Assembly (NCBI GenBank): GCA_022772985.1
Contig: JALEZJ010000055.1
Coordinates: 1,166 to 65,165, forward strand
DNA from: Erysipelotrichaceae bacterium
Lineage (GTDB): Bacteria > Bacillota_I > Bacilli_A > RF39 > UBA660
Direction of reading: 5' to 3'
Length of the DNA: 64,000 nucleotides
This document shows positions 8,358-17,158 of the stretch, piece after piece. Made by a program: the position numbers and the translations under genes. Position 1 is the first letter of the stretch; every line of letters starts with the position of its first letter. A model generated the notes under the pieces. That model worked only from the letters and a program-made list of their open reading frames with translations, was not told the origin of the DNA and searched no databases.

Positions 8358-9614
8358 ATGACACATCTAACTATAGAGCACAGAGAAATTATTGAAGATG
8401 CTTTAAAAGAAAAAATGAATTTTACAGAAATTAGTGATATGTTAGGTTACCATAGAACTAGTATATCCGCTGAAATAAAAAATAGAAGAGTTTTAGTTCA
8501 ACAAAATTTATATGGTACTACTTTTGTAAACTGTGAATATGAACATCAATGTGATAAATTTCAAGGTATTGGTTGTAAAAGAAAATGCAATAACTTTAAA
8601 CCTAAACAATGTCCTTCATTAAATAAGCCACCCTATGTTTGTAATGGTTGTTCTAAAAAACATAGATGTAGAATGCAAAAATATTTTTATAGAGCTAAGG
8701 AAGCGCAAAAGGATTATGATGAGTTATTAAAAGAATCTCGTGAAGGAATTAGATTAACACAAAAAGAAATAAACACAATTAATACTGCTATTGTTCCACT
8801 AATAAAAGAACAAGGACAATCTATAAATCAAGTATATATTAATCATCCTGATATTCTCTATTTTTCAAAAACTGAATTTTATAGATTGATTAGTTTAGGC
8901 TACTTTGATTTAAAAAATATTGATTTAAGAAGAAAAGTTAAATATAAATCAAGAAATACTGAATCACCTAGAAGAACAAGAGAAGAAGCAAAAGTAAGAG
9001 TAAATAGAACATATAAAGACTTTGAAAAATTCGTAGAATTACACAAAGAAATCGATATAATTGAAATGGATACCGTTGAAGGATTAAAAGGTGGAAAAGT
9101 AATGCTTACATTATTATTTGTGACATATAATTTTATGCTAATATTTCTATTAGAGTCACAAACTAAAGAAGAGGTAATAAAAAAATTTAAATTTCTAAAA
9201 CAAACATTAACTGAGAATAGATTTAAAGAAATAATAAAAGTACTTCTTACAGACAATGGAAAAGAATTCTATGGAGCTGATGAAATTGAACAAAATTTAG
9301 ATAAAACAGAAAAAATTACAAACTTGTTTTATTGTGATCCAATGGAATCTAATCAAAAACCACATATTGAAAAAAATCATGAATACATTAGATATATTCT
9401 TCCTAAAGGAACATCTTTTGACAACTTAACTCAAGAAGATTGCAATATAATCATGAGTCATATAAATTCAGTACCAAGAGAAAGTTTAAAAAATAAAACA
9501 CCTTATCAAGCAATTCTAAACATACTCACACGAGAAGAATTACTTAAATTAGGTGTTATTGAGATTGAGCCTGACAAAGTCAATCTTACTAAAAAAATAA
9601 TAGATAGTAAATAA
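8358..9614 (+). CDS. IS30-family DDE transposase
   Basis: 418 aa. N-terminal HTH (HLTIEHREIIEDALKEKMNFTEISDMLGYHRTSISAEIKNRR), Cys-rich linker and DDE blocks IEMDTVEG / LLTDNGKEF / HIEKNHEYIRYILPKG. RBS AAAGGAG upstream. Confidence 0.9.
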   Translation: MTHLTIEHREIIEDALKEKMNFTEISDMLGYHRTSISAEIKNRRVLVQQNLYGTTFVNCEYEHQCDKFQGIGCKRKCNNFKPKQCPSLNKPPYVCNGCSKKHRCRMQKYFYRAKEAQKDYDELLKESREGIRLTQKEINTINTAIVPLIKEQGQSINQVYINHPDILYFSKTEFYRLISLGYFDLKNIDLRRKVKYKSRNTESPRRTREEAKVRVNRTYKDFEKFVELHKEIDIIEMDTVEGLKGGKVMLTLLFVTYNFMLIFLLESQTKEEVIKKFKFLKQTLTENRFKEIIKVLLTDNGKEFYGADEIEQNLDKTEKITNLFYCDPMESNQKPHIEKNHEYIRYILPKGTSFDNLTQEDCNIIMSHINSVPRESLKNKTPYQAILNILTREELLKLGVIEIEPDKVNLTKKIIDSK

Positions 9615-9833
9615 TACAATTTGACACTTGAGACACATAAACAATTGTTATGCATCCGTGCGTTTACTTTTGCAACCATTAACTTATAGTTAAGTTAGTG
9701 GCCTTTTGCATGTCTCTAAATTTATAAATAAACTTAAAGATAATATAAATTTACTATATTTTTTATCATAAATCAATCTTTTTCAAGTTGAAAAAAGCTT
9801 AAATTCAAAGAATTTATGCTTTTCTCAACTTCA

Positions 9834-9857
9834 CGTGCGTTTAGTTTTTAATTCAAC
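9834..9857. repeat. IS right terminal inverted repeat (cgtgcgtttagtttttaattcaac)
   Basis: Pairs with 8247-8270. Confidence 0.8.
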
Positions 9858-9858
9858 G

Positions 9859-9871
9859 CAAAAATCAAATG
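9859..9871. repeat. target-site duplication, right copy (caaaaatcaaatg)
   Basis: Identical to 8233-8245. Confidence 0.7.
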
Positions 9872-10051
9872 CCATTTAAAAATGGATGATTCATGTTTAT
9901 CCATTTATTTAGAATTTGCTTATTTGCTAGTTGAAATCAATTTAAGTATTTTTATCTTACTAGCATTTTTAGCTCCCAAGTTAAATAGCAAAAAGTTGTT
10001 ATTGTTATTTCACATAAAAAATGATATACTTTTGTATGAGGATGTGTTTAT

Positions 10052-10756
10052 ATGAAAGTGTTTTTTTATTATTTTTTGCTTTTTTTTATTTATTCCGTTT
10101 TAGGATGGATTATTGAATCTTCTTTGGTTAGTTTTTATGAAAAAAAATTTGTTAATAGAGGGTTTTTGATAGGCCCATATTGTCCTATTTATGGATATGG
10201 ATCACTTGCGATGATTTTATATTTAGATCAATATAAAGATAATGCTATTACTGTATTTCTTTTGGGAGTTGTTATTTGTACTATTTTAGAATATTTTACT
10301 AGCTATATTATGGAAGTTTTATTTAAGACTAGATGGTGGGACTATAGCGATAAAAAATTTAATTTAAATGGTCGAGTTTGTGGGAAAAATGCTATTTTAT
10401 TTGGAATTGGTGGAATTTTTATTATTTATGTAGCTCAACCTTTTTTGACAAAGATTCTATCCTTCATTCCAGATATTGCTTTGTTTCCTATTTCAATAGT
10501 GTTATTTATTATTTTTCTTACTGATACTATTTTTTCTTTAAATATTATGACACGATTTAAGAAAACAATCACTAGTATTGATTTAAAGAAAGATTCTACT
10601 CAAGAGTTTTCTAAGATGGTACGTGATGCTATTAGTAATAATCATCGTATTTTCCAAAAAAGGTTAATGACTGCATTTCCTAATCTTGATTTTAATAAAG
10701 TGATAGAATTTAAAAATAAGATAAAAGAAGAATTGAGGGAAACTTCTAAAAAGTAG
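10052..10756 (+). CDS. integral membrane protein, resembles the family annotated as putative ABC-transporter type IV (CmpB-like)
   Basis: 234 aa. N-terminal block YSVLGWIIES...FVNRGFLIGPYCPIYGYG is typical of that family. About 5 TM segments. Confidence 0.55.
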   Translation: MKVFFYYFLLFFIYSVLGWIIESSLVSFYEKKFVNRGFLIGPYCPIYGYGSLAMILYLDQYKDNAITVFLLGVVICTILEYFTSYIMEVLFKTRWWDYSDKKFNLNGRVCGKNAILFGIGGIFIIYVAQPFLTKILSFIPDIALFPISIVLFIIFLTDTIFSLNIMTRFKKTITSIDLKKDSTQEFSKMVRDAISNNHRIFQKRLMTAFPNLDFNKVIEFKNKIKEELRETSKK

Positions 10757-10776
10757 TTTTTGGGTGATAAAGTAAT

Positions 10777-10809
10777 AAAATCTCAGCTAAAAGTTAGTTG
10801 AGATTTTTG
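10777..10809. terminator. bidirectional rho-independent terminator
   Basis: Stem tctcagctaa/ttagttgaga (one G-U pair) with loop aag. An A-run lies before it and ttttt after it. It sits between convergent genes. Confidence 0.6.
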
Positions 10810-10838
10810 TTATTTTTACTTTATAGATTATTTTTCTA

Positions 10839-11543
10839 TTAACTGCCTATATATGTTAGTATTACTGGAGCTAAAATAATGATTAGTATTAGTGGTACGA
10901 AGAAGAAGACAGATATGATACTAATTTTAATGGGAACCTTGCTAATTTCTGCTTTTACTTCTAATTTTCTTTTTTCTCTTAGATAATCAATTTGGTTATA
11001 AAGACTTTTAATAATACTACTTCCATATAAGTTGGCTTGAGTTAAGGAGAGGATAATATTATTAATGGTATCTGATGGTACGGATGATTGCATATCTTCT
11101 AGAGCTTCTGTTAGACTTTTGCCAAACTTTACTTCACGTATCACTTCTAGAAATTCGTTTACTAATTCTCCTTGACAAGAGTTGATTGTTACATCTAATG
11201 CTTCTTGGAGATTTCTACCTGTTTCTAAGGAGAGAGTTAATATTTCAAAGAAGTTTAACGATTCCATTTCTAATTGAATTTGTCTGTTATGAATTTTTCT
11301 ATCTAGTAAAAAATAGGTAATTCCTTTATAATAAAGAAAACTTAATATTGGTGCTATTAGGTATCCTATATTGCTTATATATAATACTAGAAAAAATAAG
11401 ATAATCATTCCTAGAAGGCGAATATTTAGAAATAAATAAGGATTTAATTTGGTAGAAACACCTAATAACTTTATCTTTTTTTCTATTTCCTCTACGCTCT
11501 TTTGGCGATATAATTTTTTAGAAATATAATGTTCTTCTATCAT
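10839..11543 (-). CDS. tadC: Tad pilus assembly inner-membrane platform protein, TadC-like (T2SS F domain)
   Basis: 234 aa. T2SSF-type block LSLETGRNLQEALD...FGKSLTEALEDM followed by a C-terminal TM. Last gene of the operon. Confidence 0.75.
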   Translation of the reverse strand: MIEEHYISKKLYRQKSVEEIEKKIKLLGVSTKLNPYLFLNIRLLGMIILFFLVLYISNIGYLIAPILSFLYYKGITYFLLDRKIHNRQIQLEMESLNFFEILTLSLETGRNLQEALDVTINSCQGELVNEFLEVIREVKFGKSLTEALEDMQSSVPSDTINNIILSLTQANLYGSSIIKSLYNQIDYLREKRKLEVKAEISKVPIKISIISVFFFVPLILIIILAPVILTYIGS

Positions 11544-11546
11544 AGC

Positions 11547-12524
11547 TTACACCTTAACTTTCATGATTTTATTTAAAAGATATATATAACTTATAAACAT
11601 TAGGCCAATGACTAATAATATCATATATCCTAGGGTAGAAGAAAATAGTGGTTCAAAGTAAGTAGGACTAATTACATAAATTAAAAGGACAAAAATAATG
11701 GGAATTACCATTAGTACTTTTACTACTAAATTAGATGCTGCTGTAGAATTTTTTAAATCACTTTCTAACTTTTTTTTATCAAATAAAGTTCTTTCAATAC
11801 TAGAAAATACATGAATAATATTACCACCTGTTTTATTTAAAATCGTTAGGGATGAGGCAATATAATTTGCTTCTTCTAATTTTACTCTTTTGGCAAATCG
11901 TCCAAAGGCTACATCCACGCTTAGTCCATATGACATGTCTTGATAGATTTTTTGAAATTCTCTTGCTATTGGCATTGGTAAATCTAAACTAGCGATTTCT
12001 ATTGCTTGAAGGGTGCTTTTCCCAGCTTTAAATGCATTATTCATCACAATTACTGCTCTTAACATATCATTTTTTATTTTTTTTGTTCTTCTTTTGGTTT
12101 TAACGATTAGATAGATATCATAAAGATAATAACCAGTTATAAAACTAATTAAAAAACCGATAATTCCTATTAGTTTTCCTTGAATTGCATATGAGATAAC
12201 AATTAAGGCTACAAAGCAAAATGCAATTAATAGTTTATTTATTATAAATTCAATAGCAGCCATTTTTTCTCCAACTGGAATGTATTTTTCATATTTGGTA
12301 GAGTACTTCATCAGTACTTTATTTTTTTGAAAGTGTGAGACTAGTTTTTGATACTTATCCCATAATTTATCAAAGTAACTTAATTCTTCCGTGCTATTTA
12401 TTTTTAGGCTATATCGAGCAATTCTTCTTTCCATGTGAATTGCTTTTCTAATTTTATATAATAGTAAAATAATGGTAAAGGCTAAAATTCCTAAAATTAG
12501 TCTTATGATGAAAACTCTATTCAC
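11547..12524 (-). CDS. tadB: Tad pilus assembly inner-membrane platform protein, TadB-like (T2SS F domain)
   Basis: 325 aa. AFKAGKSTLQAIEIAS...YGLSVDVAFGRFAKRV block flanked by TM segments. Confidence 0.75.
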   Translation of the reverse strand: MNRVFIIRLILGILAFTIILLLYKIRKAIHMERRIARYSLKINSTEELSYFDKLWDKYQKLVSHFQKNKVLMKYSTKYEKYIPVGEKMAAIEFIINKLLIAFCFVALIVISYAIQGKLIGIIGFLISFITGYYLYDIYLIVKTKRRTKKIKNDMLRAVIVMNNAFKAGKSTLQAIEIASLDLPMPIAREFQKIYQDMSYGLSVDVAFGRFAKRVKLEEANYIASSLTILNKTGGNIIHVFSSIERTLFDKKKLESDLKNSTAASNLVVKVLMVIPIIFVLLIYVISPTYFEPLFSSTLGYMILLVIGLMFISYIYLLNKIMKVKV

Positions 12525-12543
12525 GATTACACCTTCCTATTCT

Positions 12544-13590
12544 TTAATTGGAATGAATGGTTCCGCCCCACTCTACAGCAGTGAAACCTATTCTTTGAAA
12601 CTTTGTTAAAACTTGTTCTTTTATGTTTACTTTGCTATCTACTTTTTTAATATGCATATTTACTCTGAGAATAGAATCCGGAGTGGGATTTATGATTAAT
12701 TTATTATTTTTTTCTCTTTCTTCTGTTAATTCAAAATATACTAAACTTTGTTTATTTTCTTCTAACTTAGGTAACCAATACATAATAAACTCATTTTTTT
12801 CTTTATCATTTAAACCAATTATGGATAATTTTTCTTCTAGAAAAGGAATGGCTTCTTCTTTTGTAACATAAAATCCGGTTTTAAAATCTACAGAATTAGG
12901 ATTGTATTCATCCCAATATAATGCATAATAATATTTTCCATTTTGGTCATATAAATCGCCATTAGAATGTGCTAAAACATTCCAACCATCTTGATATTTT
13001 GGATATGAAGTAATTATTTTATCACTTTTTTCTAATTTTATATTGATAGACATATTTGTTTTAGGATATAGATATAAAATAGGTTTATATGCGATTAATT
13101 CGTCACACTTTTCTAATTGTTCTACCTGATAATCTGCTTTTATTTCTTCTATCTTTTGATTTTTTGGAATAGGAATCATAAAAATATGTGATTGAAGAAG
13201 ACAATTTTCGCAACTTTTCTTAACTTTAAATGTTAGATAGGCCGTGTTATTTTTTATTGTCATATCTTGAATGGAAACGTCTTCACTACAATTATCTGCT
13301 AATACTCCATAATATAGATAATTATTCTTTTTAAAATTGCTTTCTAAGATATTCGTTTCATTGTCTATTTCATACTGTGTTTTTAATTGCTGATATTCTT
13401 GATAATTGTGAACTATACCGCTGAAATCTCCTTCTAGTGTATCTTTTGTTGTGTAAAATTCTAATACTTGACTTAAGTTATTTGATTCTTTTTTAGATAG
13501 ATAAAAATTTATTAGTATTCCTATTAAAACTATTATTATACCTATTAAAATGAATTTTTTATTTTTTATTAAGAAAGTAAAATTTTTCAC
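12544..13590 (-). CDS. hypothetical membrane-anchored protein embedded in the tad operon
   Basis: 348 aa. GTG start 6 nt after GGGGGA. One N-terminal TM (FILIGIIIVLIGILINFYL). No recognisable domain. Tightly packed between tadA and tadB. Confidence 0.5.
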   Translation of the reverse strand: MKNFTFLIKNKKFILIGIIIVLIGILINFYLSKKESNNLSQVLEFYTTKDTLEGDFSGIVHNYQEYQQLKTQYEIDNETNILESNFKKNNYLYYGVLADNCSEDVSIQDMTIKNNTAYLTFKVKKSCENCLLQSHIFMIPIPKNQKIEEIKADYQVEQLEKCDELIAYKPILYLYPKTNMSINIKLEKSDKIITSYPKYQDGWNVLAHSNGDLYDQNGKYYYALYWDEYNPNSVDFKTGFYVTKEEAIPFLEEKLSIIGLNDKEKNEFIMYWLPKLEENKQSLVYFELTEEREKNNKLIINPTPDSILRVNMHIKKVDSKVNIKEQVLTKFQRIGFTAVEWGGTIHSN

Positions 13591-13604
13591 CTTTTATCCC
13601 CCGT

Positions 13605-14945
13605 TCATGATATTTTATTACTTTTAAAAATTGTATCTAATTCATCTATTCCTCTTTTTTTGATTTTATCATATGCTTTGGGAGTTATCCTTCTTTTTAT
13701 AAAATCTCCTATTACGGTTCCATCTGCTAGAGTGTCATTTTGGTTATAGCCAAAAATTTCTTTTACTAAAATATTTCCATCTTTTAATCCATCTACTTCA
13801 CTGATGCTAGTTATTTTTCTCCTTCCATCAGTTAAGCGATCAATTTGAATCACTATATCAATGGCATTTTCAATATAACCACGAACTGCTCCAACTGGAA
13901 TGGACATTTCATTCATTAAAATCATCGTTTCTAATCGATTTAAGGCATCAATTGGACTATTCGCATGAAGAGTTGTAATGGAACCTTCATGGCCTGTATT
14001 CATTGCTTGCATCATATCAAAAGCTTCTTTTCCACGTACTTCTCCTACAATGATTCGATCGGGCCTCATACGTAATGAATTACGTACTAAATCTCTAATT
14101 GTCACTTCCCCTTCTCCTTCATAATTTGTGAGTCTAGTTTCTAGAGATATTACATGTTTTTGTTTTAATCTTAATTCAGCAGCATCTTCAATTGTAATGA
14201 TTCGTTCTTCTTGTCCTATAAAACTACTCAAGATATTTAAAAGTGTTGTTTTTCCAGTACCAGTACCACCGCTAATTAAAATATTTAATTTTGCTTTTAC
14301 ACATGATTCTAGGAAAGTGGCCATTTCATTGGTTAACGCTCCTTTTATTAATAAATCATCAATACTTTCTAAATTTTTGGCAAACTTACGAATTGTAAGA
14401 ACTGGTCCTGTTAGAGATAATGGTGGAATAATTGCATTTAATCTACTTCCATCTCTTAGTCTAGCGTCTACCATTGGGTTAGCTGCATCAATTGTTCTTC
14501 CTAGTGGTTGAACAATTCTTTGAATGGTACGAATAATATGTTTCTCATTAATAAAAGATACCGATTCTTCTTTTACTAATTTTCCTTCTACTTCTACATA
14601 AATTGCATTGGGTCCATTTACCGTAATTTCAGTTATGGTATCGTCACGAAGTAATTCTGTAATTGGTCCATACCCGTTGATTTCATTTTGAATCAAATTA
14701 AAAATGTAATTTCTTTGTAAATAATCTAAATCATAGCCACTAATGCTTTTATCTATTTCATCATTAATATATTGTTCTAATAGTTTATCTTCTGGAATAT
14801 TTTCATCTATTAAATTTTGAATAATTTTGGTTCTTAGATTTTCTAAAAGTTCTTTATCTTGAAAAACTTCATAATCACTAATATTATTTATTTTTAAGGA
14901 AGTGGGTTTTACCTCAAATGCATCCATTAAGCTTTGTTTACTCAT
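13605..14945 (-). CDS. tadA: Tad/CpaF-family secretion ATPase
   Basis: 446 aa. Walker [15 protein letters not shown], plus [25 protein letters not shown] and [14 protein letters not shown] blocks typical of CpaF/TadA. Confidence 0.9.
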   Translation of the reverse strand: MSKQSLMDAFEVKPTSLKINNISDYEVFQDKELLENLRTKIIQNLIDENIPEDKLLEQYINDEIDKSISGYDLDYLQRNYIFNLIQNEINGYGPITELLRDDTITEITVNGPNAIYVEVEGKLVKEESVSFINEKHIIRTIQRIVQPLGRTIDAANPMVDARLRDGSRLNAIIPPLSLTGPVLTIRKFAKNLESIDDLLIKGALTNEMATFLESCVKAKLNILISGGTGTGKTTLLNILSSFIGQEERIITIEDAAELRLKQKHVISLETRLTNYEGEGEVTIRDLVRNSLRMRPDRIIVGEVRGKEAFDMMQAMNTGHEGSITTLHANSPIDALNRLETMILMNEMSIPVGAVRGYIENAIDIVIQIDRLTDGRRKITSISEVDGLKDGNILVKEIFGYNQNDTLADGTVIGDFIKRRITPKAYDKIKKRGIDELDTIFKSNKIS

Positions 14946-15738
14946 TGATATCTTCTTCCTCCTTTTTTTCAGTTGATTCCTTAATTAACTGAAGTGCAAT
15001 AGAACGAATTCTATTAATATCACCGCCATGAAAACGTAAAATATTACGATTTAAAGTTAATATTTCTCCATTTAAAACATATTTATCAATATTTTTAATA
15101 TAAAAACTATTGGAAATCGTATAATCTATATTACATTTTATAATATTTCGAATATCAAATAAAGATAGATAATCCCTGCCAGTATCTCTTGAGCAATTTA
15201 AGCAAACTAAATAATTTGTCTTTCCAGTATCTTTAAAAATACGAATCATACTTTTCATATTTTTTAAGTCGATTAAATCATTGGTTACCATAAATAATGA
15301 CATATAGGAATGATCTAAAATCATTAAACTTACTTCATTCATAATATGATTCGTATCTACTAAAATTACATCATATTCTCTTTTGGCAAGTTCAAAAATC
15401 ATTGGAATGTATTTGCAATCTATTTTAAGCGCACATCTAGGATCTCTTGGGCTTGCTAGTACATCAATTCCTTGATTATAACTTACTACATAATCTTCAA
15501 TATTACTATATCGATTATTAGAAATGCTGTCAATCATCATAAATATATCTTTTTTATTGCGAATATCTAACCAAGCAGAGACACCACCACTATAAAAGTC
15601 TGCATCAATAATTAAGACTCTTTTTTTCATCATATAATAAATTCCTGCTAAATTGATGGTCATGGTCGTTTTACCAACACCACCTTTTACTGAGGAAATA
15701 CTAATTATTTTTCCATTTCTAACTGCCATTTTAATCAC
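14938..15738 (-). CDS. MinD/ParA-type ATPase, TadZ/CpaE-like
   Basis: 266 aa with deviant Walker A SVKGGVGKTT. Located immediately upstream of tadA, as in tad loci. Confidence 0.65.
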   Translation of the reverse strand: MIKMAVRNGKIISISSVKGGVGKTTMTINLAGIYYMMKKRVLIIDADFYSGGVSAWLDIRNKKDIFMMIDSISNNRYSNIEDYVVSYNQGIDVLASPRDPRCALKIDCKYIPMIFELAKREYDVILVDTNHIMNEVSLMILDHSYMSLFMVTNDLIDLKNMKSMIRIFKDTGKTNYLVCLNCSRDTGRDYLSLFDIRNIIKCNIDYTISNSFYIKNIDKYVLNGEILTLNRNILRFHGGDINRIRSIALQLIKESTEKKEEEDINE

Positions 15739-15741
15739 CTC

Positions 15742-16215
15742 TTACTTGATTTTTTCTATTTTTTTGATGTTTCCATCTAAATATCCACGATATTCACTTT
15801 CAATTTCAAATCCATTAAATCCAAAAAAGGTAGCGAATATTCCTTTTACGTAAGATTTACTAGAAATTATTATACTATCTTCTTGTGCTATTACTTTATT
15901 TTGACTGTTTTTTTGATTATAATCTAGTAAAGTTTTTAATTTTTCTAATTCAGTTGTTTTTTCTTCTGATAAAGTATCTTTTTTTTCATCTTCACTTAAT
16001 TCATTTTTTGCTTCTTCTGAGACTGTTTCTTGCTCTATTTGTTCTATCTTGTTGGTTAATCCATAATCTAAGATAAATTCAATTTGATTGTCCATTTCGT
16101 TTTTTTGAATTAAAACGTTCCCTACATCTAGTACTAAAGTCATTATTCCAAGTAGAATCGGAATTATCAAAATAAATAGTACTAGACTTTGTCCTTTGTT
16201 ATTCAGCATTTGCAA
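15742..16215 (-). CDS. TadE/TadG-like pseudopilin
   Basis: 157 aa. N-terminus NNKGQSLVLFILIIPILLGIMTLVLDVGN resembles the TadE/G-like Flp pilus-assembly N-terminal domain. Confidence 0.6.
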   Translation of the reverse strand: MQMLNNKGQSLVLFILIIPILLGIMTLVLDVGNVLIQKNEMDNQIEFILDYGLTNKIEQIEQETVSEEAKNELSEDEKKDTLSEEKTTELEKLKTLLDYNQKNSQNKVIAQEDSIIISSKSYVKGIFATFFGFNGFEIESEYRGYLDGNIKKIEKIK

Positions 16216-16537
16216 TTACCCTTTCTACTTTAATTTGATATGGATCTCCTAAAATTCTATCTAAAAATGGGGTAATTAGATCAATTTTTTCTATTAAAAT
16301 TATTCTTTGATAATCTTCTTGATAAGAAGTTACTTCTATTTCTACATTAGAATAATTTTTAGAAACTTCTTGTAAATTTTCCCCATTTTGAATCAAACGA
16401 GCTATGTCTGTACTTTGATTTTGTAACTTATTTTTAGAATATAATAGGTTTCCAAAATCAACAATTACAAATAAAATCATTAAAAAAATAGGTAAAATTA
16501 AGACAAATTCAATTAATGCTTGGCCTTTTTTGTTCAT
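16199..16537 (-). CDS. TadE-like pseudopilin
   Basis: 112 aa. N-terminus MNKKGQALIEFVLILPIFLMILFVIVDFG carries a G/xxxxEF prepilin-type processing motif followed by a hydrophobic helix. Confidence 0.7.
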   Translation of the reverse strand: MNKKGQALIEFVLILPIFLMILFVIVDFGNLLYSKNKLQNQSTDIARLIQNGENLQEVSKNYSNVEIEVTSYQEDYQRIILIEKIDLITPFLDRILGDPYQIKVERVIANAE

Positions 16538-16569
16538 GAAACATCACCGATATCCCTATTGTTAGTTTA

Positions 16570-16578
16570 ATTATAGCA
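16570..16578 (-). promoter_or_regulatory. putative extended -10 element of the tad operon
   Basis: Minus strand TGcTATAAT about 30 nt upstream of the first tad gene. The -35 is poor. Confidence 0.35.
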
Positions 16579-16783
16579 AAAAGGAAGAAAAAAAGAAAGA
16601 ATATTTATAAATCTTCTAAATTTTTTTCTATTAAGAATATGTTGCATTTTTTGATATTTTTTTGTTATTAGAAATGTCATATTTATTTTTTCTTTTAATC
16701 TTTACTTTGAATAACTTTTTTTAACTTATTTTTTCTTTCAAACATATAATAAATTGAAAGCTTATAACTAGGAGGGGTTTATA

Positions 16784-17080
16784 ATGAATGATAGAGATAT
16801 GTATTATGGATCATATGGATATGGTGGTTTTAGTCCACTTCAAAATATGCCAAATGGAATGCAACCTATGATTGGTACTCAGATTCCTACACAAGTACCT
16901 AACCAGATGATGCAAAATACTTATGCTACTAGTCAATTTAATGATATGAATGAGCGAGTAAATCGTTTAGAACGCCAAGTAAAAAGATTAGATCAACGTC
17001 TTACAAGACTAGAAACTCCATATGCTAATCAAACTCAATCGCAAAATAATGAGCCTGATAATAATATGTATATGATGTAA
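16784..17080 (+). CDS. small Q/N/M/Y-rich protein with a central coiled-coil heptad segment
   Basis: 98 aa. Strong RBS AGGAGG lies 8 nt before the ATG, and a terminator follows. Low-complexity ends flank NERVNRLERQVKRLDQRLTRLE. Confidence 0.5.
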   Translation: MNDRDMYYGSYGYGGFSPLQNMPNGMQPMIGTQIPTQVPNQMMQNTYATSQFNDMNERVNRLERQVKRLDQRLTRLETPYANQTQSQNNEPDNNMYMM

Positions 17081-17119
17081 CTCTAGTGGAAGTTGCTATC
17101 AGTATTTTCATAAACAAAA

Positions 17120-17151
17120 ATTACCTCCAATTAAAAGAGGTAATCTTTTTA
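17120..17151. terminator. bidirectional rho-independent terminator
   Basis: Stem attacctc/gaggtaat with loop caattaaaa. An A-run lies before it and cttttt after it. It sits between convergent genes. Confidence 0.65.
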
Positions 17152-17158
17152 TCTATTC

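Larger units (their letters stand above)
8247..9857 (+). mobile_element. IS30-family insertion sequence, apparently intact (about 1.6 kb)
   Basis: Single transposase ORF bounded by 24-bp inverted repeats (23/24 match) and flanked by a 13-bp direct repeat. Confidence 0.8.

Noticed and set aside
16567-16680. 37-codon minus-strand ORF upstream of the tad operon, considered as the missing Flp pilin
   Set aside because: Its translation (MTFLITKKYQKMQHILNRKKFRRFINILSFFFLPFCYN) has no G/xxxxE(Y/F) processing motif and no following hydrophobic helix. It lacks an RBS and overlaps the predicted promoter.
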